In this document: piece after piece, positions 31,231 through 40,164 of the stretch
Position numbering within the stretch: the first letter of the stretch is position 1
Layout of the letters: the number at the start of each line of letters is the position of its first letter
Source: a virus
Direction: 5' to 3' (one strand)
Length of the DNA: 64,000 nucleotides
IMG/VR virus record: IMGVR_UViG_3300025886_000012
Program-made: the position numbers and the translations under genes
The notes under the pieces: generated by a model
Told to the model about the DNA's origin: nothing
Database searches by the model: none
What the model saw: only the letters and a program-made list of their open reading frames with translations

Positions 31231-33885
31231 CTATTGTGGGCCGGGTGTGAATGTTCCATCTTGATTATTTTCATTGTGCTGTACATCACTAGCAACATAA
31301 TCATCTGATGTATCTCCGTATGCTGCTTCGTTGTACTCGTCAGGAATAAAATCAGGTGTGTTACTTTTAGTTGGAGGAAGAGAAGGTATTTCGTTATTTG
31401 CTAATTGTTCTTTTAAATCATAAGATCCGCCTTCGGCTTTAGCAGCACTAAAATGCATCGCATTGTTATACTCAGTTGCATCGCCTCCCCATCCAAGCCC
31501 ATGTTTTTTAGCAAGTTCGCTAACGTTTTTAGGCATGTCAGTTGGCAGTTTTGTTCTTTTTGGTGAATAATAACCATTTGTTTCAGGATTGATATCAATA
31601 GCAGCACCAATAGAATGATAATTGTTAATAGGATGGCTCAATGCATTTTTAGTAAAAATTCCGTGTATTTCTTTTATTAGATAGCCAGTAGCTTCAAGAT
31701 CATTAATAAATCCCTGGAATGCTGGAACAAGTACTTTAGCAACCAATGCAGACGGTCCTGATTTAGTGTCTACGGCACCGACTCTATCTCCCTGCTCTTC
31801 TGGTATCTTAACTGTTCCTTGGGTAGTTCCTTTGGCTGTTGAAGTTGCACCATCTTGTCCTGTTCCTGGTGCTGGATCGTATACGTACCCCGAAGTTGAA
31901 CGACCTATTGTATTTCTTAAAAATGTATCAGGAGTGAGAACTCTATCATTTGACGGTAATTCGCCAGGTGATTCTCTGTCGGTTTTGGCTTTTTTAAACG
32001 CCTGTGGATTCATGTTTTCATGATGTGTCCACGGTTCGTGTTGCGGTGCTCTTGTGAGTATTGACTGATATGGTACAGCCTTTGATGCTCCTGGTAACAT
32101 ATAAGGCAAAGTTACAGTTGTTAATTTACTAATGGGCTGGGCATCTGTTGGCTCTGTTGCATCGATTGCTGGACTAGCTGTTGTTCCAGCAGTCCCGTCG
32201 GCGCCAGCAGTAGCTTGGCCTGCACTATTTAAATGTACGTTTGTTCCAGCTAATGCAATATTTCCACTTGACATTAAACTAAGTTTGCCGCTGCTATCAA
32301 AATGCGAAGTACTGCCTGATTTTAAATTAAATGTTCCAGTTGATTTAAGATGTAACGAACTACTAGAATCTACATTAAATGTTCCAGTTGATTTAAGATG
32401 TGTACTGGTTCCTGAATCGGCACAAAATGTTCTTGCTGCACTATTAATAATTGACATTCCTGATTTTTGATATATTGATCCAGCTGCATCATTGTACATA
32501 AATGCTCCAGATTTATTATATGTACTATTTCCGCTTGTATGATATAAGCTTTGTCCAGCAGTTTGATGAAAGGCACTGTCAGCTTTTTGAAATATGTTTG
32601 TCGATGAATGCAGATTATAATTATCACTAACAGTAGTTTTCATTTCCTGTTTAACATTAATATCATATGTTCCTAATATAGTATGTTTTGAGTCTGCACC
32701 AGTGTGTATTTCAGTATCGTGTGTGCTTTCTAAACGGATCCTACCACTTGGTGCTCCATTTTCAATAGCATTTCCATCACTCGACCTAGCAGATGCTTTG
32801 ATGTTAACATTACGACCAGCTTCAACATTAAAATCTCTTTCAGCTGTAAAATTAATATCATTATCACTCATTACGGAAATACTATCTTGTGCATGTATAT
32901 CAATTTTACCATCTGATGATAATTCAATCCAAGCTGTTCCTCGAGAATTAGCAATGTAAATTAAATCTTCAGAATTATGTAATAATATTTGATGTCCTGT
33001 TCTAGTTCTTAAACGAATTAGTTCGTTTTGAGGAATAGTATCGTCGCCATCAGTTTCGTCATTTTCTCTACTTAGATATTCAGGTGCATGATCTGATGCA
33101 TGAAAGCGTCTAACAAACTTATCATCGCCGTCGTCCATTACAAACGAACTTCCGCCTAGTCTACTTCTAAATACATCTGCAGCCTGATCTTTAGTTCCCC
33201 GTTTTCCTGTTGGCGAGTCTATTCTTTTATCTAACGGACCGGGTGTATTAATACCAAACACTGCACTTGGTACTTCGCGCCTTGCACTTGATGTAGTAGT
33301 TCCTCTTGATTCGTCATCTAACAGTCCTTGAATTTCTAATATTTGTGTAAAATCATAGTTATACGGTTTAGGGTATAATGTTGGGTCATATTTATCAGGT
33401 GTTACTGTATGCTTATTGTATTCTCCAACTGGTAATTTTTTTCCAATTAGTTCAGGCGGAGTTCCAGGTGTAGTAAGTTCAGTGGCTGCATATCCTCCCG
33501 GAACCATAAAATTCATATAATCGTCTGGTATACAGGCAATCCAATATCCATAATCGGCATGTCCTTCTGCAAAAATTACCAGCACTAACGTACCAATGTC
33601 AGGCGGGACCATCCACATACCATAACTTTGTTGTGTACTTCTATAATTATCGTCTCCAGATGAACTTTCTAACGGTGTAACACCATAAAAAGGAGATGCA
33701 TATTTTACAATACGTGTTTCAGATTCTTGCGAATCTCTATTTCCTGAGTTACCACTGTAGAGTAACTGAACTTTTAAAGATCCCATAAAGGTTTGATCAA
33801 GGTGACCTATAACTTTAGCAACAAAAGGTCCGCTGCCAATGCTGCTTGGTATTTTATGAGAGGTACGTTTAACTTGGTTTGACAT
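31231..33885 (-). CDS. gp5: Baseplate hub/puncturing spike, gp5/VgrG-like, with C-terminal peptidase M15-like domain
   Basis: OB-fold (YGMWMVPPDIGTLVLVIF), RLRTRTGHQILLHNSEDLIYI, 8-residue beta-helix repeats (HLKSTGTFNV), then HSIGAAIDINP..GLGWGGD..MHFS. Confidence 0.75.
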   Translation of the reverse strand: MSNQVKRTSHKIPSSIGSGPFVAKVIGHLDQTFMGSLKVQLLYSGNSGNRDSQESETRIVKYASPFYGVTPLESSSGDDNYRSTQQSYGMWMVPPDIGTLVLVIFAEGHADYGYWIACIPDDYMNFMVPGGYAATELTTPGTPPELIGKKLPVGEYNKHTVTPDKYDPTLYPKPYNYDFTQILEIQGLLDDESRGTTTSSARREVPSAVFGINTPGPLDKRIDSPTGKRGTKDQAADVFRSRLGGSSFVMDDGDDKFVRRFHASDHAPEYLSRENDETDGDDTIPQNELIRLRTRTGHQILLHNSEDLIYIANSRGTAWIELSSDGKIDIHAQDSISVMSDNDINFTAERDFNVEAGRNVNIKASARSSDGNAIENGAPSGRIRLESTHDTEIHTGADSKHTILGTYDINVKQEMKTTVSDNYNLHSSTNIFQKADSAFHQTAGQSLYHTSGNSTYNKSGAFMYNDAAGSIYQKSGMSIINSAARTFCADSGTSTHLKSTGTFNVDSSSSLHLKSTGTFNLKSGSTSHFDSSGKLSLMSSGNIALAGTNVHLNSAGQATAGADGTAGTTASPAIDATEPTDAQPISKLTTVTLPYMLPGASKAVPYQSILTRAPQHEPWTHHENMNPQAFKKAKTDRESPGELPSNDRVLTPDTFLRNTIGRSTSGYVYDPAPGTGQDGATSTAKGTTQGTVKIPEEQGDRVGAVDTKSGPSALVAKVLVPAFQGFINDLEATGYLIKEIHGIFTKNALSHPINNYHSIGAAIDINPETNGYYSPKRTKLPTDMPKNVSELAKKHGLGWGGDATEYNNAMHFSAAKAEGGSYDLKEQLANNEIPSLPPTKSNTPDFIPDEYNEAAYGDTSDDYVASDVQHNENNQDGTFTPGPQ

Positions 33886-33886
33886 A

Positions 33887-36800
33887 TTAATTAAATACCT
33901 TTATTACATTATTTTTAAGTTGATTAAGTTCTCCAGAAAGATTTTTAGTAGCAAAGTCTTCTGCAGTTGCTTTTCCAAGGTTTATTAATTCTTCAATTGG
34001 CTGAGATTCTAATAATTTTGGCGCTAATGATATATCATCAAATATTTGACTATGTTTTTTTAATAAATCTCTTTGTAAATCACCATATGTTTGTGACAGA
34101 CCTTCAAGTGCCTGAGGTATTTCACTTAATCCTCCAATTACAGCACCATCAATTGATAATTTTGCTTTCTCTAATGCTGAGCCAATTCCTTGTGGAAATT
34201 GACTTTGTAAATCAGTTGTTGCCTGCTGTAATGCAGAGTTTATTCCCTTAGGAAATTGACTTTGTAAGGCAGAAGTTGCTTCTTTAAGTTGCTGTACTCC
34301 TAAATCAGGATTAACCCAAGGCTTTGCTAAATCAGGATTAACCCAAGGCTTTGCATTTTTTATTAAATCGCTAGCGTTAGTAGCAGATACTGCGCCTGCT
34401 AAATCTGACGATACTTGTTTAAGTGCCCGACTTGCATCAGGAATATTTTGTACCATTGTGCCAAGGTTAGGTATATCAATTCCTAACTTTCCTGAAAGTC
34501 CCTCAATTGAAGACAGAGAATTTCTTAGATTATTTTGAATTTGTAAACCAACATCAATTAATTCTTGTGATTTGTTTAGTATTTCAATAACCGGAGCTGC
34601 TGAAATTTTTTCTAACTCTTGAACATTAATTTTTCCTAGGCCAAGATCAGCAAATAAGTTAGATGCTGCATTACCAAAAAACGACGTTGAAATTGGATTA
34701 TTAAACACCCTTCTGTTTTCAAGCATGGTTGGAATAAATTTAGGATCAAGACTTGAAGTAAAATTTTCAATTATTGAATTTGAAAATTCAACACTACTAT
34801 CACTTTGTCCTGGGCGCCTTAACAACTTTAATGTTTGTACAAACTGTCCTTTTGAAAGAGCTGTACTAATGGTTATAACCTTGTACACACCATTAAACGC
34901 ATTATTTGGATCTATTTGTAGTGTATTTCTTAAATTATAATCGATAGCACTGTTAAAACGTACAAGAACATCAACTTCGGTTGATTTTGTGTTTATAGTT
35001 CCATTAGCAGTTGTAAATTTATTTGAAGCAAATCTTTGATTTCCTGCATCATTATCTAACAAATAATACGGATCTCCCCAAATTGTTAAATCTAAAACAA
35101 TATTTTCAATATCACTGTTCATAACCAACGATTGAAATTGTTCAGCTACAATCTTCTTATCAGTTTTTTTTGACGAGCCACCTTTTATTTTTGCTCCAGT
35201 TTCTAATACTGGTTCACTTCTTGGTAAAATTCTCCCGGCAGCTTCTTCATACCCGTCAGTTACTTGTAATACATCATTTTGACTAATTGCTGTTTGTTCT
35301 TCTGAAGCAACACCAGCTTTGTGTTTGTCTTCAGTTGCTTGAGTATCAATCATTGGTCTAAAAAAACTATTGTCAATTTTAAATTCAAAATCTAATACAT
35401 CAATATTTTTACCTGTGTATGTATAACTATAAGATTTGACACAATTTTGTATTAATTCATCATAATTTTGTTCATTATTACTATCAAAAATTCCATAATC
35501 CATCTGATAAGGAATTACAGCAAATATAAATTGATATGCCGGACGTCCAGCACCATTGTCGTCACTGATAATTTTTAAATGGCCGTCAATTTTAAACCAT
35601 TCAATTTTTTTATCAGGACCGGGCTTTATGTCAATTAATCCTTCGCCCCATTCGCTGCTAAGTATTACTTCTTCAATCATTTTTTCTATTTTAGTACCTG
35701 GAGCAAAAGTAAATTCTCTATTAAGGGGATCAATTGACATGCTTCCTCTTTTGTAAACATTATTTTCCCAAACAAGATTATCAACTCCAAAAGGACTAGT
35801 GCCTTTTGTTTGAAAATTGTCAGTTATTAGACTACTTCCAAACTGATTAGAATTTGGATTTATTATTGTGGGCCGAGTAATGGGCCCAGATTGAACTGGA
35901 ACACTTTTAGCTGGTGTTATACTGCTAGGAACTTCGTCGTAGGTGCTACCTGGCTGGCCTAGGGGTATAACTTGATCTTCAGGAGATAATGCACCAAAAT
36001 TAGATGATTTATCTTTATTGTTAGTATTTTCAATTACTCGTCCCGAGCCGCCAAATGCATCTAAATTATTGTCTGTAGGATCTATTCTTTTACCATCTAG
36101 TAAATACGATCCGCCGCCTGTTAATTTGTTAAATTCGTCAACTTCTTTATTTGAAGATTGATTTAATTTAGTTTTATTAACTGTAACTTTGTTTTTATTA
36201 AAAGGTACAATATCTTCAGGAGATAATGCACCAAAATTACTAGGATTTGTACTTGCTCCTTGTATTACAGCACTTTGTCCGTCAATACTTGATTGTACTT
36301 GAGTAGGATCTTTTGGAAATATAATGTAATATTTGTCTGCAACTGTTTTTTCATTTTTTGAAACTCTGTTTAGTTCTTGACTATTTAATAGTGCTTGTAA
36401 ACTATTTTCGTTTAAAGATAAAACTTCATCAACTGACTGACCTTTAATTTTTACATCTGTCTTAACTTCTTGAAATGTATCTGTAAACACCTGATGATTT
36501 GCAGGTATTGCTTGAACTTGATAATTTGAGCCCGAAGCAGTAGCGTTAAATTTAAGATCAACAATTTTAATAGCAAAACTGTGTTTAGGCAAAGTTTTAG
36601 TAGTATCAGTATCAGTGTGTCCGATAAAATCAACTGTTAGTAAAAAAGGCGATTCCATTGCACCTCCTCTAAACCCAGCCTCAAGTGCTGCAACATTTAG
36701 TGTTTGAAAAAACAACCCAATGCTATACGGTTCGCTAATAGTAAATGACATTTGAGTGGCTTCTGAAGTGCCTGTGCCGCCGTTCGGAATTACTAATCCT

Positions 36801-37027
36801 TCTATATTTAAATCATCAATAAAGTATTCTACGTTTATTCCTAACTGTTCTTCGGTATATGTTTGTATATTTCCACTACCCGCAGGTGTTCCGCCTGATC
36901 TTGCAATAACCAATCTTTCAGAATCTAGATAATTGCCCGAATTATATTCTTCTTTTGTAACTGCCGATAAAGACAATCTATAATTGTACAATCTAAACTG
37001 ATTTAATGGATTAGGTTGTAAACTCAT
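33887..37027 (-). CDS. Baseplate hub protein, gp27-like position, with long insertions
   Basis: YNYRLSL, YFIDDLNI, FTISEPYSIG, KSYSYTYTGKNIDVLDF, LTIWGDPY, FNGVYKVITI..GQFVQTLKL; lies between gp53-like and gp5-like genes. Confidence 0.55.
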   Translation of the reverse strand: MSLQPNPLNQFRLYNYRLSLSAVTKEEYNSGNYLDSERLVIARSGGTPAGSGNIQTYTEEQLGINVEYFIDDLNIEGLVIPNGGTGTSEATQMSFTISEPYSIGLFFQTLNVAALEAGFRGGAMESPFLLTVDFIGHTDTDTTKTLPKHSFAIKIVDLKFNATASGSNYQVQAIPANHQVFTDTFQEVKTDVKIKGQSVDEVLSLNENSLQALLNSQELNRVSKNEKTVADKYYIIFPKDPTQVQSSIDGQSAVIQGASTNPSNFGALSPEDIVPFNKNKVTVNKTKLNQSSNKEVDEFNKLTGGGSYLLDGKRIDPTDNNLDAFGGSGRVIENTNNKDKSSNFGALSPEDQVIPLGQPGSTYDEVPSSITPAKSVPVQSGPITRPTIINPNSNQFGSSLITDNFQTKGTSPFGVDNLVWENNVYKRGSMSIDPLNREFTFAPGTKIEKMIEEVILSSEWGEGLIDIKPGPDKKIEWFKIDGHLKIISDDNGAGRPAYQFIFAVIPYQMDYGIFDSNNEQNYDELIQNCVKSYSYTYTGKNIDVLDFEFKIDNSFFRPMIDTQATEDKHKAGVASEEQTAISQNDVLQVTDGYEEAAGRILPRSEPVLETGAKIKGGSSKKTDKKIVAEQFQSLVMNSDIENIVLDLTIWGDPYYLLDNDAGNQRFASNKFTTANGTINTKSTEVDVLVRFNSAIDYNLRNTLQIDPNNAFNGVYKVITISTALSKGQFVQTLKLLRRPGQSDSSVEFSNSIIENFTSSLDPKFIPTMLENRRVFNNPISTSFFGNAASNLFADLGLGKINVQELEKISAAPVIEILNKSQELIDVGLQIQNNLRNSLSSIEGLSGKLGIDIPNLGTMVQNIPDASRALKQVSSDLAGAVSATNASDLIKNAKPWVNPDLAKPWVNPDLGVQQLKEATSALQSQFPKGINSALQQATTDLQSQFPQGIGSALEKAKLSIDGAVIGGLSEIPQALEGLSQTYGDLQRDLLKKHSQIFDDISLAPKLLESQPIEELINLGKATAEDFATKNLSGELNQLKNNVIKVFN
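34301..34354. repeat. Exact 27-bp tandem duplication (AKPWVNPDL x2)
   Basis: TAAATCAGGATTAACCCAAGGCTTTGC twice. Confidence 0.95.
35975..36239. repeat. Exact 28-bp direct repeat, copies 237 bp apart (NFGALSPED x2)
   Basis: ATCTTCAGGAGATAATGCACCAAAATTA at 35975-36002 and 36212-36239. Confidence 0.9.
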
Positions 37028-37028
37028 T

Positions 37029-37325
37029 TTATGTTCCTATTACAGCTGATAATAAGCTTTTTTGAGGCAAGTATATACTAGTTCCTGCTTTAAAATCAAA
37101 AATTGGATCTTTTAATACGTCCATATTCCTTACAGAAAATACCCACCATAATTTAGGAGTTCCATATAAATCAAATGCTAATAAATCAGGACGATATGTG
37201 TATTGCGGTTTTATTTCGTATATTATATCGGTATCTTGTGCTGGAATACTTCTCTTTTGATACAATCCTAAATGATTTGCTTGTTCAAAAGGCGTAACTT
37301 TCCAAGGACTGGTGTTAGAGTACAT
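37029..37325 (-). CDS. gp53: Baseplate wedge subunit, gp53/LysM-like
   Basis: YEIKPQYTYRPDLLAFDLYGTPKLWWVF..N..DPIFDF..G..IYLP. Confidence 0.75.
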   Translation of the reverse strand: MYSNTSPWKVTPFEQANHLGLYQKRSIPAQDTDIIYEIKPQYTYRPDLLAFDLYGTPKLWWVFSVRNMDVLKDPIFDFKAGTSIYLPQKSLLSAVIGT

Positions 37326-38197
37326 TATATTATTCCTTTATTTGTTCCAATATAGTGTCCTTTAGTAAATTCATCTAAACTAAAGTTTGAAACTTCGTTC
37401 CGACTGTATGTCGGAGATACTAATATATTAAATCTTCCTAAAGTTGGCACATATGAATACGTTGCAGAGTCGTTATTAGTAAATTTTCCAGTTCTAGCTG
37501 AAAATGTAACCGAGCCTGGTGCAACAGGAACTTTAATGTAATCAACATTAGCAGGAAAATCAACAGATACTTGTTTTACAACTACTGGAACTTTGTTATA
37601 TATAACATCTCCGTATCCACTTAGATATACCAAAGGCGGAGGTGCACCTGAATTTGACGACTTACCATAAAACATTTTAGTTACTGCACGTAAAAACATA
37701 GTCGAGGCTATCCAATATTTTCCGTCAGCTTCATTTTCAACTGGCCATTCAGCACTAATTGATATATCATCAACTGAACTATTTTCGTAGGTATTAAAAG
37801 CATAATTACTATGAGTAGGATGTACTGTATTATAATTTGCACTATGAGCAGCAACAACTTGCGGAGTTGCTGGAAATACCATTGAATTACCAGATGTTCG
37901 TAACGGTGCTAATACTGAATTATTAGCTTGGAAGAATTCAATACCTGTTGGTAGATGTAATCTTACTCTCCAATCATTACTCGATGTTTGACTAGTTGGA
38001 GTAATTGGAGAATATGTAGCTGTATACTGAGCGCCTGAAGGTAATCCTATCATTCTGCCATGACTAACAAACGACTTACCATCTGCAATATTTTCAAATG
38101 TATTTTTTATTGTATTTGCAGTATTTGCTACATTTTTAACGTCTCTGACCACAGACCTAACTGTTCTTAAACCTTTAACTATTTTAGATAAACTCAT
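37325..38197 (-). CDS. Baseplate / tail-tube initiator protein (gp48/gp54-like)
   Basis: MVFPATP..HSANY..HPTHSNY, GAPPPLVYLSGYG..VPVVVKQVSVDFP..VDY; first gene of baseplate operon. Confidence 0.55.
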   Translation of the reverse strand: MSLSKIVKGLRTVRSVVRDVKNVANTANTIKNTFENIADGKSFVSHGRMIGLPSGAQYTATYSPITPTSQTSSNDWRVRLHLPTGIEFFQANNSVLAPLRTSGNSMVFPATPQVVAAHSANYNTVHPTHSNYAFNTYENSSVDDISISAEWPVENEADGKYWIASTMFLRAVTKMFYGKSSNSGAPPPLVYLSGYGDVIYNKVPVVVKQVSVDFPANVDYIKVPVAPGSVTFSARTGKFTNNDSATYSYVPTLGRFNILVSPTYSRNEVSNFSLDEFTKGHYIGTNKGII

Positions 38198-38217
38198 TTT
38201 ATACCTACTCTCCAGTG

Positions 38218-38224
38218 TATTTAG
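38218..38224 (-). promoter_or_regulatory. Late promoter variant CTAAATA for baseplate operon
   Basis: Directly abuts the -35 box of the divergent sigma70 promoter. Confidence 0.5.
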
Positions 38225-38258
38225 TTGACAAAATTAAGTACATATATTATAATAAATA
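38225..38258 (+). promoter_or_regulatory. Consensus sigma70 promoter with overlapping late box
   Basis: TTGACA 38225-38230, 17 bp, TATAAT 38248-38253; ATAAATA 38252-38258. Confidence 0.8.
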
Positions 38259-38272
38259 TAGTAGGAGATATA

Positions 38273-39091
38273 ATGAAAAAAGTTAATTATTTAAACAACA
38301 AGGATATCCTGTTAGAGATACATAAATCAAAAAGTTCATTTTGTAGTTACATAGACGAGTCATATGCAAACTTTGATATTATTTTGCCAGCAACAGACAA
38401 CATTAATATACGAACTATTGCAGAAGCTAAACGAAACAAAGCAAAAAAACTTACACAAAAAATATTCGAAGGGCATAAAGCCCAAGGAAAGAAAGTAAAA
38501 CTAGCTGAATGCGAAGTTGACTATAGAAAAATTACAAAAGAAGAACTAATCTTTCGAATTATGACATATGATCATATTCCAGACGAGTTTGGACGAAAGA
38601 AAACTCCTAAAACAATTGCAGATACTAAAGTTAAATTAAATTTTCCACCTTTTCAGCATTATAAGTTTGACGAAAATAATGAACTGCAATGTGTTGGTAA
38701 AAGTCACTGGATTGAAGGGATGGAAAATGGATACTTTTCAAAAGATCACGGAAGAGCAACAAATAAACTAGCAATGATGTGGATCAAACTATGTGAAAGA
38801 TATGCTACTAGAGGCAATGTTCGAGGTTATACATACAATGACGAAATGAAGGGGCAGGCTATATTACAATTATCACAAATTGGTCTTCAGTTTGATGAAT
38901 CGAAGTCACAAAATCCATTTGCTTATTATACTGCGGCTGTTACAAACTCATTTGTAAGAGTTATAAACATCGAAAAGCGTAATCAAAATATTCGAGATGA
39001 TATTTTAGAAATAAACAATTTAAATCCAAGCTTTACACGCCAAGGTGTTGGTGAATTTGAAGCATCTGAAAAAAGGTATAACAATCGATAG
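38273..39091 (+). CDS. gp55: Late-transcription sigma factor, gp55-like
   Basis: ATG 38273 after SD AGGAG; NYLNNKDIL, YTYNDEMKGQAILQL..FDESKSQNPFAYYT..NSFVRVINIEKR. Confidence 0.8.
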   Translation: MKKVNYLNNKDILLEIHKSKSSFCSYIDESYANFDIILPATDNINIRTIAEAKRNKAKKLTQKIFEGHKAQGKKVKLAECEVDYRKITKEELIFRIMTYDHIPDEFGRKKTPKTIADTKVKLNFPPFQHYKFDENNELQCVGKSHWIEGMENGYFSKDHGRATNKLAMMWIKLCERYATRGNVRGYTYNDEMKGQAILQLSQIGLQFDESKSQNPFAYYTAAVTNSFVRVINIEKRNQNIRDDILEINNLNPSFTRQGVGEFEASEKRYNNR

Positions 39092-39098
39092 TATCTTC

Positions 39099-39127
39099 TT
39101 GACAATTAACAACTTTTATTGTATTAT
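39099..39127 (+). promoter_or_regulatory. sigma70 promoter for gp47/gp46
   Basis: TTGACA, 17 bp, TATTAT. Confidence 0.7.
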
Positions 39128-39153
39128 AAAGAAGAATATAAGCGAGGTTTAAT

Positions 39154-40164
39154 TTGTTTAAGAAAGCAGCAGTATTTACTGACTTACATCTTGGATTAAA
39201 AGGTAATTCAAGAATACACAATCAAGATTGCGAAGACTATGTTGATTGGTACATTGATCAAGCTAAAATACATGGTTGTGAGACTGGAATCTTTACTGGA
39301 GACTGGAATCACAATCGTAATAGTTTAAATCTTACAACTATGAGCACTGGAATTAGGTGCTTAGAAAAGTTAGGCGCAGCATTTAAAAACTTTTATATGT
39401 TTGCCGGCAATCATGACCTATATTATAAAGATAGACGTGATATTAAATCAACTGAATTTGCTAGACATATTCCTGGCGTAACTGTAATAGACAAAATTTA
39501 CGAAGATAGTGATGTAGCATTTGTTCCATGGCTAGTTGGCGATGAATGGACACAAATTTCAAAAATTACTAGCAAATATCTGTTTGGACACTTTGAATTA
39601 CCATCATTTTACATGAATGCAATGGTACAGATGCCCGATCATGGTGAATTAAAGTCTTCGCATTTTGTAAATCAAGAATATGTGTTTAGCGGACACTTTC
39701 ATAAGCGTCAACGGCAAGGAAAAATACATTATATCGGTAATGCATTTCCACATAATTATGCAGATACATGGGATGACGATAGAGGAATGATGATTCTCGA
39801 TAAAGAAAACAGTTGTGAGCCATTATACATTAACTGGAACGAATGTCCAAAATACCGAACCATTAAACTAAGTGAATTAATTGATCAAAAAGATACTGTT
39901 ATTAAAAACAAAATGTATCTTCGTGTGACGCTCGATTTGCCAATTAGTTTTGAAGAAGCTAGCTTTATTAAAGAAACTTTTATAAATGAATATAAATGTA
40001 GAGAAATTACACTAGTTCCTCAAAAAAATATTGACGAAATTAATACAGATGTTGATATTGAGAAGTTTGAAAGCGTTGATGAGATAGTAAGTAATGAAAT
40101 ACTTGCTATTGATAGCGAAAGTTATAATAAAAACACATTATTAGAAATATATAGAGACCTGTAA
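39154..40164 (+). CDS. gp47: Recombination nuclease, Mre11/SbcD-like (gp47)
   Basis: TTG start with SD GAGG; phosphoesterase motifs DLHLG, TGDW, GNHD, GHFE, SGHFH. Confidence 0.9.
   Translation: MFKKAAVFTDLHLGLKGNSRIHNQDCEDYVDWYIDQAKIHGCETGIFTGDWNHNRNSLNLTTMSTGIRCLEKLGAAFKNFYMFAGNHDLYYKDRRDIKSTEFARHIPGVTVIDKIYEDSDVAFVPWLVGDEWTQISKITSKYLFGHFELPSFYMNAMVQMPDHGELKSSHFVNQEYVFSGHFHKRQRQGKIHYIGNAFPHNYADTWDDDRGMMILDKENSCEPLYINWNECPKYRTIKLSELIDQKDTVIKNKMYLRVTLDLPISFEEASFIKETFINEYKCREITLVPQKNIDEINTDVDIEKFESVDEIVSNEILAIDSESYNKNTLLEIYRDL

Noticed and set aside
32326-32401. 28-bp repeat with 48-bp period in gp5-like gene
   Set aside because: Explained by the expected 8-residue beta-helix repeat.
38225-38272. 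Track's extended starts for several genes (38225, 47642, 60886, 31304, 3890, 2732)
   Set aside because: They fall within promoters or neighbouring genes; downstream ATGs have SD sequences or late-box spacing.
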